Assembly (NCBI GenBank): GCA_963823665.1
Contig: CAWGMQ010000008.1
Location: 1,056,001-1,120,000 of the forward strand
Origin: an uncultured Planctomycetota bacterium
Lineage (GTDB): Bacteria; Planctomycetota; Planctomycetia; Isosphaerales; Isosphaeraceae
Direction of reading: 5' to 3'
DNA: 64,000 nt
The position numbers were made by a program, and so were the translations under genes. Shown piece after piece: positions 62,691 through 64,000 of the stretch. The notes under the pieces are model-generated. The model did no database searches, was not told the origin of the DNA, and was given only the letters and a program-made list of their open reading frames with translations. Every line of letters starts with the position of its first letter. The first letter of the stretch is position 1.

Positions 62691-64000
62691 ATGTGCATTT
62701 TGGCGAAGTTACTGGCCGGCACGCTTTCGCTGGCGTCGTGTTTTTGGTGCTCCGCGCTCACGCTCGGGCCACCCGCCCGGGCCAGCGAATCCACAGCCGG
62801 TCTGGGGGTCATCGACGACCACGGCCGAGCGATCGCTCAGCAAGGCCTCGTTCTCATTGATTGGGAAGGATACATCGCGAACCCGGCCGTGAAGTTCTAT
62901 CTCGTGCCTCCCGCCAATACGGCCTTCCCGGCCAGGGCCGTCCTCTCCGCCGCCGAATCGCGCTTGCATTTCGACGTCCCCAGTGACGATCGGGCGCGAT
63001 GGGCCCCGAAAGGTAGTCACCTGGCAAAAGCATGAACGGTTCCCAGTCTATCTCTCGATCTTCCCTGATCGCGACGGCCGGAACGAGGACCATCGACTGC
63101 GCATCGACTTCACCGACGCCCGGGGATCACGAGAATCTCTCAGCCTGCCCGTCCGCGTGATCGATCAGGATCAAAATCGAGCCAGCGAGTTCTCGATCAC
63201 GGTCGATTTTTCGCAGGACCATACCGGGTTCTTCAAGGACCAGGACCGGAGAGCCACTGTCGTCCAGGCAGCCAGTGACTGGGCATACTTTTTCGCGGAT
63301 ATGAACTTGCAGCCAGTCGCAGCGGGCAGCGAGAAAACGCTCATCTGGGGTTCCGATGGATTCAAAACGTCGACTTCAGCTACAAACGCGCATGACTATC
63401 AGGGTTTTCTGCTCTACGCCTACGGAATCCGCAATGAATTGTCCCCGTCAGATTCCAAAATACCGCCGGCCTGGTTGTTACTGAAACGAGACCCGGCCGC
63501 CCGGATGATCCGGTCGGGTGGAGAGCCTTCGCCGTGCGGCGGGTTCCAGATGTCTGATGGCAACAAGAAACCGATCCGCCGCTCGGGTGGCCTGGAGATC
63601 GAGGTCAAGGGCAACTACAACACTCTGGGGTGGATCGTGACTCTCTCGGACGGCGAGTGGTGGAAGGCCGCAAACTCCGGGGATGCAGCGGCAGACTTGT
63701 ACTCGATCGCCCACCACGAAATTGGCCATGCTCTCATCTTCAACCCCAACAACTTGTTAATCAAGCGCGGCGAGACATTGAAAGACGAACGGATTCGCGC
63801 CTATCTCGGCAGCTCGCCGGCACTGAATCAGTCGGACCATCTCGACGGCGTGATCGACCCGGCGAGCCTGCACGGCGCCTTCGGCAACGAATACCACGGC
63901 CGGATGCCCCGAGGCCGCTGGCTGATCACCAAGCTCGACCTTCTTTGCGCCGCGCGATCGGTTACGAGCTTCGGGAGACGTCGGCCTTCAGGGCTGATCG
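62691..64000 (+). CDS. Secreted protein with HExxH zinc-metallopeptidase motif (frameshift near 62990; runs off the window)
   Basis: Signal-like N-terminus and DLYSIAHHEIGHAL (63715-63729). Confidence 0.65.

Overview
GC-rich 64-kb chromosomal window, very probably from a planctomycete of the Isosphaeraceae/Singulisphaera type. This is inferred from ECF sigma factors with long C-terminal extensions, Ser/Thr kinase-TPR proteins, a DUF1800/DUF1501 pair and orphan ABC-2 permeases. More than a dozen single-base frameshifts split genes, including housekeeping ones (cysK, serA), which points to an unpolished long-read assembly, so split ORFs were rejoined by eye. Ordinary content: cysK, hisI, a class V aminotransferase, serA, aldehyde dehydrogenase, dusB, xylonate dehydratase, acyl-CoA ligase and two-component genes. 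The most notable element is a compact type VII secretion-like (Esx-like) locus on the minus strand (27883-33333). It has three small helical genes (one clear WXG100 protein with a WxD turn, one short WxD paralogue, one larger helical protein) and a membrane-anchored FtsK/EssC-like ATPase with only one intact P-loop. Upstream lie two paralogous membrane proteins whose promoter carries a perfect 21-bp palindrome. Also notable: a GCACTAT motif 36-38 nt upstream of all three ECF genes, an ECF-FmdE fusion, a kinase-TPR protein lacking its catalytic core, a ~1530-aa two-CxxCH prenyltransferase-fold/HEAT/discoidin protein, several small candidate toxin-antitoxin pairs (HEPN-type, mini-ParB/Srx-type, decayed vapBC, orphan HigA and HicB), a bacterial myo-inositol oxygenase, a DRG-like GTPase and GTAG-type REP clusters. 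No rRNA, tRNA, CRISPR array or transposase was recognised. All family assignments come from motif recognition by eye; no database search was run.
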